Shown: positions 37,477-47,375 of the stretch, in pieces
How positions within the stretch are numbered: position 1 is the stretch's first letter
Layout of the letters: the number at the start of each line of letters is the position of its first letter
IMG/VR virus record: IMGVR_UViG_3300034157_000063
Reading direction: 5' to 3' (one strand)
Length of the DNA: 64,000 nucleotides
Source: a virus
Lineage: Duplodnaviria; Heunggongvirae; Uroviricota; Caudoviricetes
The notes under the pieces: model-generated
Told to the model about the DNA's origin: nothing
Database searches by the model: none
Seen by the model: the letters and a program-made list of their open reading frames with translations, nothing else
Made by a program: the position numbers and the translations under genes

Positions 37477-37905
37477 TTAAACGTAGTTATTAAATAGAGA
37501 TTTATCTACACTACCAGAAGCTGTAATTAAACCATGTAAGTAATATATCCAACTAGCTAAAAGACCTATAAAAATTGAAGCCATTGATATCATTAACACT
37601 ACATAGCCCGTGCCATTATCTATTTTTGTATAGTTTATAAATAACATTGATAATAGAGGTAAAAATGAAACAAACACGATTATCATCGAAATCACACATT
37701 TTTTCAACATCTCACTGATATGTAATTCAAATGTGCTTTCACCATGTCGTTTATAATATTTACTGTAAATGTAAAGATTAGGTATCAATATATACAAAAA
37801 CAAAAATGGGCCAAAAAATAAGACAGCTATTGGTGATATAGCGGTGAGCATTATCATTCTGGAATATATGTTCTTTAAACATTCGTATTCATTAAAATCA
37901 TTCAT
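37477..37905 (-). CDS. small 4-TM membrane protein, paralogue 3 of 6
   Basis: 142 aa. Confidence 0.55.
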   Translation of the reverse strand: MNDFNEYECLKNIYSRMIMLTAISPIAVLFFGPFLFLYILIPNLYIYSKYYKRHGESTFELHISEMLKKCVISMIIVFVSFLPLLSMLFINYTKIDNGTGYVVLMISMASIFIGLLASWIYYLHGLITASGSVDKSLFNNYV

Positions 37906-38330
37906 GCGTTATCCTCTTTTTTATTAATTATATTAAAATTATTTATTATGCCATATGTGTAGTAAGTCCAAGAACCTAAAAGACCTATTACAAAACCAGC
38001 TACAGCTAAAATAGATAGCCATTGAATTCCATTATCAGTATTATCCATTGTTAACATTGGTAAAAATGAAAATACAAAAATAATCGCAGCAATTAAAAAT
38101 GTCTTCAATATTTTTTTGATGTTTTGTTGGTAACTGGATTCATCATTTGATTTGTAATATTTATGAAATATCATAATATGAGGCGTGATACTGAACAGAG
38201 CCATCACAAAAAAACCTAAGATGTAAGATTTAAATGAAATAACCAGAGCGAGTGATGGCCCTGCAAATGTTAAAAAAATTAATAATTTGTAAAGACTTTT
38301 GATTGCTGGATAATTACTGTTGTCATCCAT
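37902..38330 (-). CDS. small 4-TM membrane protein, paralogue 4 of 6
   Basis: 142 aa. ATGA overlap. Confidence 0.55.
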   Translation of the reverse strand: MDDNSNYPAIKSLYKLLIFLTFAGPSLALVISFKSYILGFFVMALFSITPHIMIFHKYYKSNDESSYQQNIKKILKTFLIAAIIFVFSFLPMLTMDNTDNGIQWLSILAVAGFVIGLLGSWTYYTYGIINNFNIINKKEDNA

Positions 38331-38443
38331 AAGGACTCATCTTAAATGGTTATTTATAACATTATAATATGTCATTTTCTATTTACAATCATTCAACTAT
38401 AAAAAAAGACACCTAAGTGTCTTTGTCATATTGATTTCATGTT

Positions 38444-38881
38444 TTAAGCAATGAATACATTTGTTTTTTTCTTGTTTTTTTCAAATTGATAATATTCTTT
38501 TATCAAAACCACTAAATAATAGCCCCATGCACCAATAGAACCTATAAATTTAATGACCCCAGCAATCATATCCATTGTCGCTGTCATGTCATTGACAACA
38601 GTGTATGAAGTGATTAAAGCTGGGACGGAGGTTAGGAACAAAATAGTAATGGATGTGCTAAAGAAACGCAGTAATTTTCTAATCTCTCTATCAAAAGATG
38701 AGCGAACCAATTCGTTGTAATATTTCATAGACATGATTAAGTTGGCTATTAGAGCGATTGTTAACACCACTGGTAGTCCAAAGGGCAATGAAATGAATAA
38801 TGCCATGATTGGCCCACAGATTGTGAGTGCTATAAAAATTCTATAAATTGTAGTTAATATTGATTTATCCTGACTGTTCAT
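38444..38881 (-). CDS. small 4-TM membrane protein, paralogue 5 of 6
   Basis: 145 aa. Confidence 0.55.
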   Translation of the reverse strand: MNSQDKSILTTIYRIFIALTICGPIMALFISLPFGLPVVLTIALIANLIMSMKYYNELVRSSFDREIRKLLRFFSTSITILFLTSVPALITSYTVVNDMTATMDMIAGVIKFIGSIGAWGYYLVVLIKEYYQFEKNKKKTNVFIA

Positions 38882-38907
38882 AATTTCCCTATTATAATTG
38901 TTTTAAT

Positions 38908-39348
38908 TTATTGTTCATGATATCGAGTGGTATAATCCTTGAAAACTATCAGTAAATAATAGAGCCATCCACACACAATACCTAGTGTATCCATGCCAGC
39001 CGTTAGTATTAAAAACCTTGCCTCATCTTCTGGAATTCCATTTAATGTGTAAAGTGATGGCAAGTATCCAATCCCTAGTACAATCATAGCAATAACAAAA
39101 TATTTCAGTAAGTTTTTAATATCTTTTTGAAATGATGTATTACTTTCTTTCTTGTAATATTTAGCCCATATGACTAGATTACTGACAATCGCCAGTGTTA
39201 ACATAACAGGCATTGCAATCGGTTTTAATGGTGTTAACGCAAATGCTGGCCCCAATAAGGTTAACCACATGACAACTTTATAAATACTTTTTAATAATTC
39301 TCGTTCGCTTTTGGCTTTGACACATTTCTTAAAATTTATTATTTTCAT
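38908..39348 (-). CDS. small 4-TM membrane protein, paralogue 6 of 6
   Basis: 146 aa. Confidence 0.55.
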   Translation of the reverse strand: MKIINFKKCVKAKSERELLKSIYKVVMWLTLLGPAFALTPLKPIAMPVMLTLAIVSNLVIWAKYYKKESNTSFQKDIKNLLKYFVIAMIVLGIGYLPSLYTLNGIPEDEARFLILTAGMDTLGIVCGWLYYLLIVFKDYTTRYHEQ

Positions 39349-39457
39349 TATGTAATTAATTTATTATTGCTATTTTAAGTATTATAATATGACGATTTTC
39401 TTTTGCAATCATCGGACAATAAAAAAGACACCGAAGTGTCTTTTCTACATACTCTAT

Positions 39458-41605
39458 TTAGAAACCAATGATTAAATTCGTAATATCAACTCCATTAGTT
39501 TCTTTTTTCTTTCTAGTCTTTTTAACTGCAGTTACTTTGTGTTGTACGGTTTCTTCTAGTTTAGTCACCTTTTCAATAAGATAATCAATCATCTTTTTAT
39601 CTTTAAGCTGTGAATCACTTTTATTGTGGGCGGCTTTTACCGTATTCGTCTTCGTTAACGTAACACCTAGAAGCGATTTGACACTTTTTGATGTTTGATT
39701 AAAGTCGTAGATGAAATACTGTTTGCCACCTTTTTCAGTGTATTGATCAAAGTAAGTCTTGTTTCGACTGATACACCATGAACCACTCCCTAATTTTTTA
39801 GACTGATCAAAGTTCTCAATTTCCAGAATAAGAATATTATCCGAATCTGAGATGACTTTTACTTTGTTAGAGACTGCTTTAATTTTAATTGATTCAATAT
39901 CGAAGTCGTTAAAGCTATTGATTAGACTCTTAATATTGTCATTAAACATTGTTTCTGTTTCTACAGCAGCCAATTTTTTACCAATCATTTCTTGAACAAT
40001 CTTCAAGTCAATGCCTAAATCATAGAGTTCTTTAAACAATTTATAACTTTGAGCATTATACAAATGTTTATACTTGCTGCTCACAATACTTTCAGCGTAT
40101 TTTTTAATCTTATGTTCACGAATTAATTTATGCATCTTGTCATCAATTTTTTCGAAGGAATCCAGTTTTTTGCATGTTTCAATGAAATCAAATTTCAATG
40201 ATTTTAAAATATTTTCATTTTTGAAATAAGTATCAATGGATACCATGATTTTATTGAACTGTAATGGTCGATCATAATACCGCTCAGTACTCTCATTGAT
40301 TTTATTAATATTATTTTCAAACGCATTGCTGATAACTTTGGCAATTGTTGGGTTTTTTCTAAGCATGTTCTTTAAGTAACCAACCATTGCGACTCTTACA
40401 AGGTGTTTAGTTTCATTAATATCAACAAAAACTTTAAATCGCTCTTGACCATCCACCAAAACAGCAACACTGTTATCTTCAAAAATGACTACTTTTTTAT
40501 AATGAATATTTTGATGAGAAATGTTCTCAGCAATCAACATGACATCTTTTTTTCTTTTTTCTAAAAAAGTCTCAATAGCTTGTTCATCATATATTTTGTT
40601 AGGTGTTAAAAGCGTTACATCTTCAGTGAAAAACTTAGCTTTTGTCACAGGCAGAACAATTTTATCTGTCAGTTTCTTATAGGCTGAATAGATTGCAGTG
40701 ACTAACACTTTATTATTTTTTCTAATTTCGACTTCATCAAAGGCATCGTTTTTAATAGAAACCATAGCTTTTTTTATGTTATTTTTTAAGGCATCAATTT
40801 TTTCTTGAAGATTGTCTACTTCATTCATAATTTCTTCATCTACAACATATTTCTGGCTATTCATTGGATTGCCGTTTGAATTGAACGCATAGTGTGGATT
40901 AATAAAGCTTTCTAATCCCTGATTTGGATTGTTATAATACATTGATCGCATAATATTTTGTGCTTTCATTATAAAATCTGTCGAATTATAGCGAATAGAA
41001 CTAAACTCAGATGTCAGTTTCTTATGGATGTTAAAGCTCTCCTTATCTTTTTCTAGAAATTCAAGAACGGGGGCCATGTCACTGTCAATGTTTACATTAT
41101 GTTGTTTTGCAAACAATAACCATTCATCCACCAGTGGTGTACAGTTTAACATATTTTGAACCATAAACAGTTCTCTAATCGCATGATAGGACATTTGAAC
41201 GGAGCTTTCAAAATTCATCATCTTGTATTCAAATGTTTTTATAATTTCTTCTTTTGAGAGATCTTTGTTTTTCTTCATCATAAATGGCATGAATTGACCA
41301 TCCTCATTATCAAAGTCCATATAATGAGATATTGCACGTTTTTTATTGGTCATAGTGAACATGGACAAATCCATATCGAGAAATTCTAAACCCAAACACA
41401 TTTTAAAATCGTTATCATTACGAATATTAGATAAATCATATCTCTTATATGAATTGTGTTTATGATGGATATCTTCTGAATCTTCACAATAGGCAAATGA
41501 TTCAAAGTCTCTATCAAATCTTGAATTATAATGATGATGATTATGACCTTGTTGTTTTAAGCAAAGTTCTTCAAGTGCTTTGAAAAATTTAGGATTGATA
41601 TGCAT
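39458..41605 (-). CDS. large hypothetical protein (715 aa) with a conserved C-terminal 'LGSGSWCI...AAH' domain
   Basis: Paralogue of 58118..60028. Shared blocks 'KY(K/Q)HLY...LYDL', 'IL(K/E)IENF(D/Q)QS...GS(G/T)SWCI', 'FIYD(F/L)N', 'AAHxKxDxQL'. Confidence 0.65.
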   Translation of the reverse strand: MHINPKFFKALEELCLKQQGHNHHHYNSRFDRDFESFAYCEDSEDIHHKHNSYKRYDLSNIRNDNDFKMCLGLEFLDMDLSMFTMTNKKRAISHYMDFDNEDGQFMPFMMKKNKDLSKEEIIKTFEYKMMNFESSVQMSYHAIRELFMVQNMLNCTPLVDEWLLFAKQHNVNIDSDMAPVLEFLEKDKESFNIHKKLTSEFSSIRYNSTDFIMKAQNIMRSMYYNNPNQGLESFINPHYAFNSNGNPMNSQKYVVDEEIMNEVDNLQEKIDALKNNIKKAMVSIKNDAFDEVEIRKNNKVLVTAIYSAYKKLTDKIVLPVTKAKFFTEDVTLLTPNKIYDEQAIETFLEKRKKDVMLIAENISHQNIHYKKVVIFEDNSVAVLVDGQERFKVFVDINETKHLVRVAMVGYLKNMLRKNPTIAKVISNAFENNINKINESTERYYDRPLQFNKIMVSIDTYFKNENILKSLKFDFIETCKKLDSFEKIDDKMHKLIREHKIKKYAESIVSSKYKHLYNAQSYKLFKELYDLGIDLKIVQEMIGKKLAAVETETMFNDNIKSLINSFNDFDIESIKIKAVSNKVKVISDSDNILILEIENFDQSKKLGSGSWCISRNKTYFDQYTEKGGKQYFIYDFNQTSKSVKSLLGVTLTKTNTVKAAHNKSDSQLKDKKMIDYLIEKVTKLEETVQHKVTAVKKTRKKKETNGVDITNLIIGF

Positions 41606-41709
41606 ACAATAAACACCTCTTTAAAATTTGGTCCATTATATCAAAATATGACGTTCTCTGTCAATTTATTTACTTATTTTGAAGCCTTTAATTGCTTTAT
41701 TTTCTGCTA

Positions 41710-41738
41710 TTGACAAGAAAGATAAATATTGCTATATT
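41710..41738 (+). promoter_or_regulatory. sigma70 promoter
   Basis: TTGACA-17nt-TATATT. Confidence 0.5.
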
Positions 41739-41780
41739 TAAAGCTCAAACACATAAGCTTAATTAAATGAGGATTTATAT

Positions 41781-41936
41781 ATGGCTAAAATTGTAGTGAA
41801 CACCAAGACTGAACGCAAAGAACGTGAAATTGAGCTGGCATGGAAACAACATGAAGCCAAATTTGCACCAAGAGTATCGAGAGATCAAGCATGGGAACGT
41901 TTCGAACAGCTACGAGAGAAAGCACTCGGTTATTGA
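41781..41936 (+). CDS. small basic protein (51 aa) MAKIVVNTKTERKEREIELAWKQHEAKFAPRVSRDQAWERFEQLREKALGY
   Basis: Good promoter, AGGA SD, terminator directly after. Not in the ORF track (below 60 aa). Confidence 0.45.
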   Translation: MAKIVVNTKTERKEREIELAWKQHEAKFAPRVSRDQAWERFEQLREKALGY

Positions 41937-41956
41937 TTTTAACCACTTAAACACCA

Positions 41957-41984
41957 TAGGCAGCCAAATCGGTTGCCTTTTTTA
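41957..41984 (+). terminator. rho-independent terminator
   Basis: AGGCAGCC-AAATC-GGTTGCCTT followed by TTTT. Confidence 0.6.
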
Positions 41985-41987
41985 TTG

Positions 41988-42016
41988 CTTGCTCAAAATG
42001 GCCCAATATGTTATGA
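41988..42016 (+). promoter_or_regulatory. sigma70 promoter heading the 42047-55252 array
   Basis: TTGCTC-17nt-TATGAT. Confidence 0.45.
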
Positions 42017-42046
42017 TAGGACATCATTTTTTGGAGCTATACCACC

Positions 42047-42661
42047 ATGAGAGATTTAAATTCATTTGATTTCACCACCGTGAAGACCTTTATTCAGGCC
42101 GCATTTCAAAAGAGTGTTGACCTTGGAGCTTTTCAGGATGTTGGCTTTTCAGTGGAAAGCTTTATGAATCGTGTTATGGATAATGGTTTCGAACCCACAT
42201 TTAATTACATGAAATCTCAATCCAATAATTTTGAGCGAATTACATACAGCACAGCGTACCGCCGTAAGTCCAGTAGTGGTAAAGTCGCCAAAACTTCGAT
42301 TATCTACTATCGCTTCGATACCGAATTTGAAGCCCGAGAAGAGGGCGTGAAACACGTCTATTCTGGTAATTTTCTTCGCCTTTGCTGGCCTGTTCATCTG
42401 ATGAATAAAAAAGACCTCTGGTTTGATTTGGATACGGGTGATATTTGGCTCACTTATCGCCATCCTAGTGAGGTTAATGAAAATCATAAAAAAGTGACTA
42501 TCGAAGAACTTCTTAATTTGTTTTATGTCGAAACAATGGGTTCTCTTCATTATATTGTTAACAAAAAAACTAATGTTGGCATGACTAAAAAACTCTTTTT
42601 TGAATTGCCAGTCGAAACCATTCGTTCTCATTTGGCTCTTTGCGAAATGATTGAGGTGTAG
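42047..42661 (+). CDS. tail-family paralogue (ends ...HLALCEMIEV)
   Basis: 204 aa. SD GGAG. Confidence 0.6.
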   Translation: MRDLNSFDFTTVKTFIQAAFQKSVDLGAFQDVGFSVESFMNRVMDNGFEPTFNYMKSQSNNFERITYSTAYRRKSSSGKVAKTSIIYYRFDTEFEAREEGVKHVYSGNFLRLCWPVHLMNKKDLWFDLDTGDIWLTYRHPSEVNENHKKVTIEELLNLFYVETMGSLHYIVNKKTNVGMTKKLFFELPVETIRSHLALCEMIEV

Positions 42662-42662
42662 T

Positions 42663-43472
42663 GTGACAGAGCATGAACTATTAGTAAACCATACTGCTTT
42701 GTTCATCAAGCGGTATAGTGCCATTATACTTGGTAATTTAGACAACGGAACCATGACATATGCCTACACAAAAAATGGTTCATCTCTTATTAAATTTATG
42801 TCGAGTGATTATACATCTTACACTTTTGAACTTTTTCCAAAAGTCTTCTCAGTCAATGAGAAATTTGACTCTGAATTATCACATTACCCAATGAAATTAA
42901 CTGTAGATGGCCCTGATAAAAATGAAAACACTGTTTATAAGGATATTAAGAAGGTGGTTCCCTTTGTTTCAGTTGACTACAAAAAGTCTTTTCAAATTTT
43001 TGATTTTATTAAAGAAGATGATCAATTATTAGGTTCTATAAAATCAATTAAACGCTTTAATTCAATGACAGATGACTTTCAGTCTGTTTTTAATGGTGTG
43101 AAAATAGTACATGAAATCAAGTATGAAAATTTTTACAAAAAAATATACAATCGCTCAAAATTAAACAGTGATATACTCACTTCTTTGTTTTTTGACGATG
43201 AACTTAATATTTTAACTTTATACACGGTGATTTTGGATTTTTCACCACATTCTTTTATTGAAATTAATTTTACTAGTGCAGATAACAAGTATTACGTTTT
43301 TGAAAAAAAGGAATTTTTGACAAAAGATGAACTATTTCAATACATAAAATCAGTTCGAAGACATTTTATACAACGTAGAATTAAGCAATTATTTAAAAAT
43401 TTAGAATTTGAAATTGATTTCGATAACAAATATCAAGAACAAATACAATTATTAGAAATGTTAGTTATATAA
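42663..43472 (+). CDS. tail-family paralogue (ends ...IQLLEMLVI)
   Basis: Track start is TTG 42651. GTG 42663 has a GAGG SD 6 nt upstream. Start is uncertain. Confidence 0.5.
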   Translation: MTEHELLVNHTALFIKRYSAIILGNLDNGTMTYAYTKNGSSLIKFMSSDYTSYTFELFPKVFSVNEKFDSELSHYPMKLTVDGPDKNENTVYKDIKKVVPFVSVDYKKSFQIFDFIKEDDQLLGSIKSIKRFNSMTDDFQSVFNGVKIVHEIKYENFYKKIYNRSKLNSDILTSLFFDDELNILTLYTVILDFSPHSFIEINFTSADNKYYVFEKKEFLTKDELFQYIKSVRRHFIQRRIKQLFKNLEFEIDFDNKYQEQIQLLEMLVI

Positions 43473-43481
43473 GGATACTAT

Positions 43482-44225
43482 ATGTTAGAAGCCATTATTA
43501 ATAAATTTTTAGAACGTTACCACACTGATTTTAGCTTGGGTGGCTATTCCTTACATAAGGTTACTCATTCTCCCAGTATTTCTGTTCTGAATATGCGTTC
43601 TGACGATTATATCTTGAAATTTTCATTCTTTAATGAACTTCCTTTCCGTTTGTTAGTTGACATTCATCGCAGTGATCAATTGAAACTTAATGAAAAAAAC
43701 AAAACCGTTATTTTAAATAGAGAACTCTCTTTTTTCCCTTTTAATAATCATAAACATGAAATTCTAGACACTATTCAAAAAGATATTTGTGAACGTATTG
43801 GTGTCTGCGAAGTGGTTGATGCTACTGATGATCCTACGAAATTGGCTTCTGATAATTTATACAATGCTCGATTTAATAATAAGCTTTTTCAAGTATTACC
43901 TAGTATGAAAAAAACAGTGGGTGGTCAGCAAATATTTCGATTAAATAATTATGTCATTAATGTTACAAGCGATGGTGAAGTATTTTATAGCACTAAAACT
44001 TACTATTCTTTTGATAATGAGTATTTTATTTTTAATAATAATGATGATTTCTACTCTTATTGTGGTATTGATTATACTGAACATGAACTTGAATCGTTAT
44101 TCTTTAAAATCATTGTGAACAGAATTAACAATGAAATATTTAAAGAGACAGAGATTTCTTTAATGCATGAATCGGAAGACTTCATTAAAAAAGCAATCAA
44201 TGTCTATAAAATGATTAAAATTTGA
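43482..44225 (+). CDS. tail-family paralogue (ends ...NVYKMIKI)
   Basis: 247 aa. SD AAGGAT. Confidence 0.6.
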   Translation: MLEAIINKFLERYHTDFSLGGYSLHKVTHSPSISVLNMRSDDYILKFSFFNELPFRLLVDIHRSDQLKLNEKNKTVILNRELSFFPFNNHKHEILDTIQKDICERIGVCEVVDATDDPTKLASDNLYNARFNNKLFQVLPSMKKTVGGQQIFRLNNYVINVTSDGEVFYSTKTYYSFDNEYFIFNNNDDFYSYCGIDYTEHELESLFFKIIVNRINNEIFKETEISLMHESEDFIKKAINVYKMIKI

Positions 44226-44278
44226 TTTATTTTTACATGTTTTTATGATATAATGGGTCATCTTTCATTGGAGATCCT

Positions 44279-45088
44279 ATGGACAATCTATTTATAGAAC
44301 AATTTGCTTCAAATTATTCCGCCAAGCTTTTTGCGGAAGGTTTTGACTATAAAGATAAATCAGTCAGTGAGCCGAAATTTTTTGATCGTAAATTTTTCTC
44401 CGTATTGACCATCCCTAATAAAAATGGTGATATTCTTTATATCGAAGAAACCGCCAAGGAAAATAATAGTAACTCTAAGTCTTATGAACTTCATTTTTCA
44501 TTTAATACACAAGATGATAAAGAAAAGACGGCTCGTATGCTTCGTTACCTTGATAAAATCTTTAATACTAATTTTAATTACATGAAGGCGATTCATGACA
44601 GCTATGTTCAGGCAGGTTTGGATGTAGGTTTATTTATCAAAACGGGTGATGTAGAATTTAAACCCAGTTCTATCCTTTCCCATATGGACACTTCTGTGGT
44701 TAATAAGAAGTTTAATGTAGCCATTCAGAATGTTACCTATAATCCAGTTGTAGCTAAAATCATCAAAACTAAAAAAATTGAGTTAAAAGGTGGTGTTCCT
44801 CAATCTTTTGACGATGGCGAGTTTACTGCTACATTTCAGACAAAAGTATTGTTTCTTGATCAAAGTCCTTTCTTTTTTTATAACAATGGTGAAACGCCTA
44901 TTTTAGTCCATGCCCCCAATAGCAGCATGACTGAGGTATTATCAGTGGGAATGCTTTACACTTATTTTTATGATAGCTTTAAAGACCGTATTGGAAAAAA
45001 ATTCTTGGACATGGATATTGATCTTAAAAGTATCAGTAAAGAATTGTTTGATAGTTATATTGATGTTATTGATATGGCAAAAATTTAA
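44279..45088 (+). CDS. tail-family paralogue (ends ...YIDVIDMAKI)
   Basis: 269 aa. TGaTATAAT promoter, SD TGGAGA. Confidence 0.6.
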   Translation: MDNLFIEQFASNYSAKLFAEGFDYKDKSVSEPKFFDRKFFSVLTIPNKNGDILYIEETAKENNSNSKSYELHFSFNTQDDKEKTARMLRYLDKIFNTNFNYMKAIHDSYVQAGLDVGLFIKTGDVEFKPSSILSHMDTSVVNKKFNVAIQNVTYNPVVAKIIKTKKIELKGGVPQSFDDGEFTATFQTKVLFLDQSPFFFYNNGETPILVHAPNSSMTEVLSVGMLYTYFYDSFKDRIGKKFLDMDIDLKSISKELFDSYIDVIDMAKI

Positions 45089-45114
45089 AATTTAACAATG
45101 GAGTTACAGACATT

Positions 45115-45849
45115 TTGAAAAAGTTAATCATTCCAGTATTTACTAAATTCTTTAAAGAATATTTCAGTGTAGATGTTTTTGTCGAAGAAGTGCCCGCTGT
45201 GAATCCAGTTTTTACAGTGAGTATTTATAATGGAAACAAGAAACAACACCTGCTTATTATTTATATCAATGATAGACAAGGCAGATTACCTATCTTAAAC
45301 GTTTACCATTATAATGGTGAGGGTGAGATTTATTTACGTGAAATGGTTAAAAAAGCTAAACGGGTTGATTCTCACTACACTCGTATTATTAAAATGTTTG
45401 AAAACATACATGAACAATTATCATTATTCAAAATGACCAAATTAGAATCAGAAGACACGATCTTTAATCTTTTTACATCTGATCGAGTTAACAGAGTTAA
45501 TGATTTTAATAAATTGTCAGGGACTGATGTTGCAAAGTTTAAGTCTGTATTAGGCTTCACAACTGTTCGACATGATTTCGTATTTACTATCTACAATGAA
45601 GAGTTATATCTTGATCTTCGATTAAATTGCTCAGTTAATTTCTCAGATAAAATTATCAGCTCACACCCACAATTATTGGAGAATAATCCATCTTATTATG
45701 ATGATTTAGAGAAAGGTCTATATAATTTATCAAGATCATCTATTATTAATAGGATTAGGCAGAATTTAAAAATTACGCTTGATCCAAAAGAAGTCTTAGA
45801 TGAAGATATTGTTCGATATGTTCAACTATTAGAGATGCATAAAATATGA
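45115..45849 (+). CDS. tail-family paralogue (ends ...VQLLEMHKI)
   Basis: TTG start in the track. No in-frame ATG until about residue 77. Confidence 0.5.
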   Translation: MKKLIIPVFTKFFKEYFSVDVFVEEVPAVNPVFTVSIYNGNKKQHLLIIYINDRQGRLPILNVYHYNGEGEIYLREMVKKAKRVDSHYTRIIKMFENIHEQLSLFKMTKLESEDTIFNLFTSDRVNRVNDFNKLSGTDVAKFKSVLGFTTVRHDFVFTIYNEELYLDLRLNCSVNFSDKIISSHPQLLENNPSYYDDLEKGLYNLSRSSIINRIRQNLKITLDPKEVLDEDIVRYVQLLEMHKI

Positions 45850-46598
45850 ATATGAATGATTTATGTGATTCAATTATAGCCAAAATAAAGCCATTTTTTG
45901 AAGAAAATGTACTCGAACCTGTCTTTTTCCAGAAACGGACTAAGGGAGATGTAGGTAGTCATAATGTTTTTCCTGATGTTCGTGTCCTCACTGCTTCAGG
46001 AGGCATTATTTTCAGTTTTATTCTTGAATCGACAAGTGACGCTAAAAGACATTCAATTAATATAGTGATTGGTGACCAAAAGTATTTAGATATCTACAAT
46101 TTATTTGTAAAAGAATGTTGTGTTGATGGTTTTGATTCCTTTTCATTGTTTATTGATGCTATGATTAAAAAAAGCGATCATTTAAAATTTATTAAAGCTG
46201 TCAACATATTACAAGATTCCAAGACAATTGAGTATTCATCAAGTTTGCATGGTGTTATTGATCAACAAACCTATGCAATACTTGAAACTGCTTTTGAGAC
46301 TATTGAAATAAAACAAAGACCTCTCTTTATTTTTGAAAATAACAAATTCTATCTTAATCCAGAATTTATATTTACATTGGATTGTGGTAAATTAAAACTC
46401 ATCAAGAAAACAGAAAATAATGATAAATACATTAAGGATTATGTTTCAAAATGTGCTGATTTATTCTATACACAATATTTGAAATATATACAATCTGCAC
46501 TGAGTGATCTCTATGATATTCCAGTGGATGAGATTTCTAATTGGTCGCCAGAATTATTGATGTCTTATTATCCTGTATTAGCAATGGAGGTTTGTTAA
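45846..46598 (+). CDS. tail-family paralogue, 'YYPVL(A/S)(M/I)E' subgroup (ends ...YYPVLAMEVC)
   Basis: 250 aa. ATGA overlap. Confidence 0.65.
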   Translation: MNMNDLCDSIIAKIKPFFEENVLEPVFFQKRTKGDVGSHNVFPDVRVLTASGGIIFSFILESTSDAKRHSINIVIGDQKYLDIYNLFVKECCVDGFDSFSLFIDAMIKKSDHLKFIKAVNILQDSKTIEYSSSLHGVIDQQTYAILETAFETIEIKQRPLFIFENNKFYLNPEFIFTLDCGKLKLIKKTENNDKYIKDYVSKCADLFYTQYLKYIQSALSDLYDIPVDEISNWSPELLMSYYPVLAMEVC

Positions 46599-47357
46599 AT
46601 GACAACAGAACAATTGATTGAGAGCATGAAGTCAGTTTTAAGCTTGTTTGCTGCTCAACATCTTAATTATCCTGTTATGTTTAAGTCGTCATTAAATAAT
46701 ACTAAGCCTAATGGCATTTCTTTTGATATTTTACATATGCAATCATCTACAGGACAACTTTTATTGTCTTTTATTATTATGAAAGACAGGAGGATCTATG
46801 ATCAAAAGTTTAAATCTATCGAAGTAAAAGTCCACGATGAAAAACATTTAAACATATTGAATAAATTTATAGCTGTGTGTAGTCAATACAGTTCTAATTC
46901 ATTTAATTTATTTATGAATGAAACACTTGAACATACCGATCATTTAAAATTAATAACCGCTATTGATGTATTGCCATTTGAGGAAAGGAAGATTATTGTA
47001 GATGATAAGTATATTAGAGTGGATTTTACTGTCCATGCTATTATGACGACACCTTTTGAAGTCATCAATATTTATAAGATACCTAAATTTATTTTTGAGA
47101 ATAATAAATTTTACTTACATGATAAGTTTAGTTTTACTTCACTAGGTCAACACTATACGTTTACTCAAAAAACAGAAGACGTAGATGTTATGCAGGTTGA
47201 AGTTAAAGAATTCGCTCAGAAATTTTATGAAGATCACTATGAAATCATTACTTCGAAGATTAATGAACTGTATGATGTGCCTTTTACTGAATTTGGCCTT
47301 TGGACTGATGAACAGTTCCGGGCTTATTACCCCGTATTGTCAATGGAACGTTATTAA
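46599..47357 (+). CDS. tail-family paralogue (ends ...YYPVLSMERY)
   Basis: 252 aa. GGAGG SD sits inside the upstream gene's 3' end. Confidence 0.65.
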   Translation: MTTEQLIESMKSVLSLFAAQHLNYPVMFKSSLNNTKPNGISFDILHMQSSTGQLLLSFIIMKDRRIYDQKFKSIEVKVHDEKHLNILNKFIAVCSQYSSNSFNLFMNETLEHTDHLKLITAIDVLPFEERKIIVDDKYIRVDFTVHAIMTTPFEVINIYKIPKFIFENNKFYLHDKFSFTSLGQHYTFTQKTEDVDVMQVEVKEFAQKFYEDHYEIITSKINELYDVPFTEFGLWTDEQFRAYYPVLSMERY

Positions 47358-47375
47358 TGATAGGAACCACAAAAA

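Noticed and set aside
42149-42754. 201-aa minus-strand ORF overlapping two family genes
   Set aside because: It overlaps the well-supported + strand array and has no signals.
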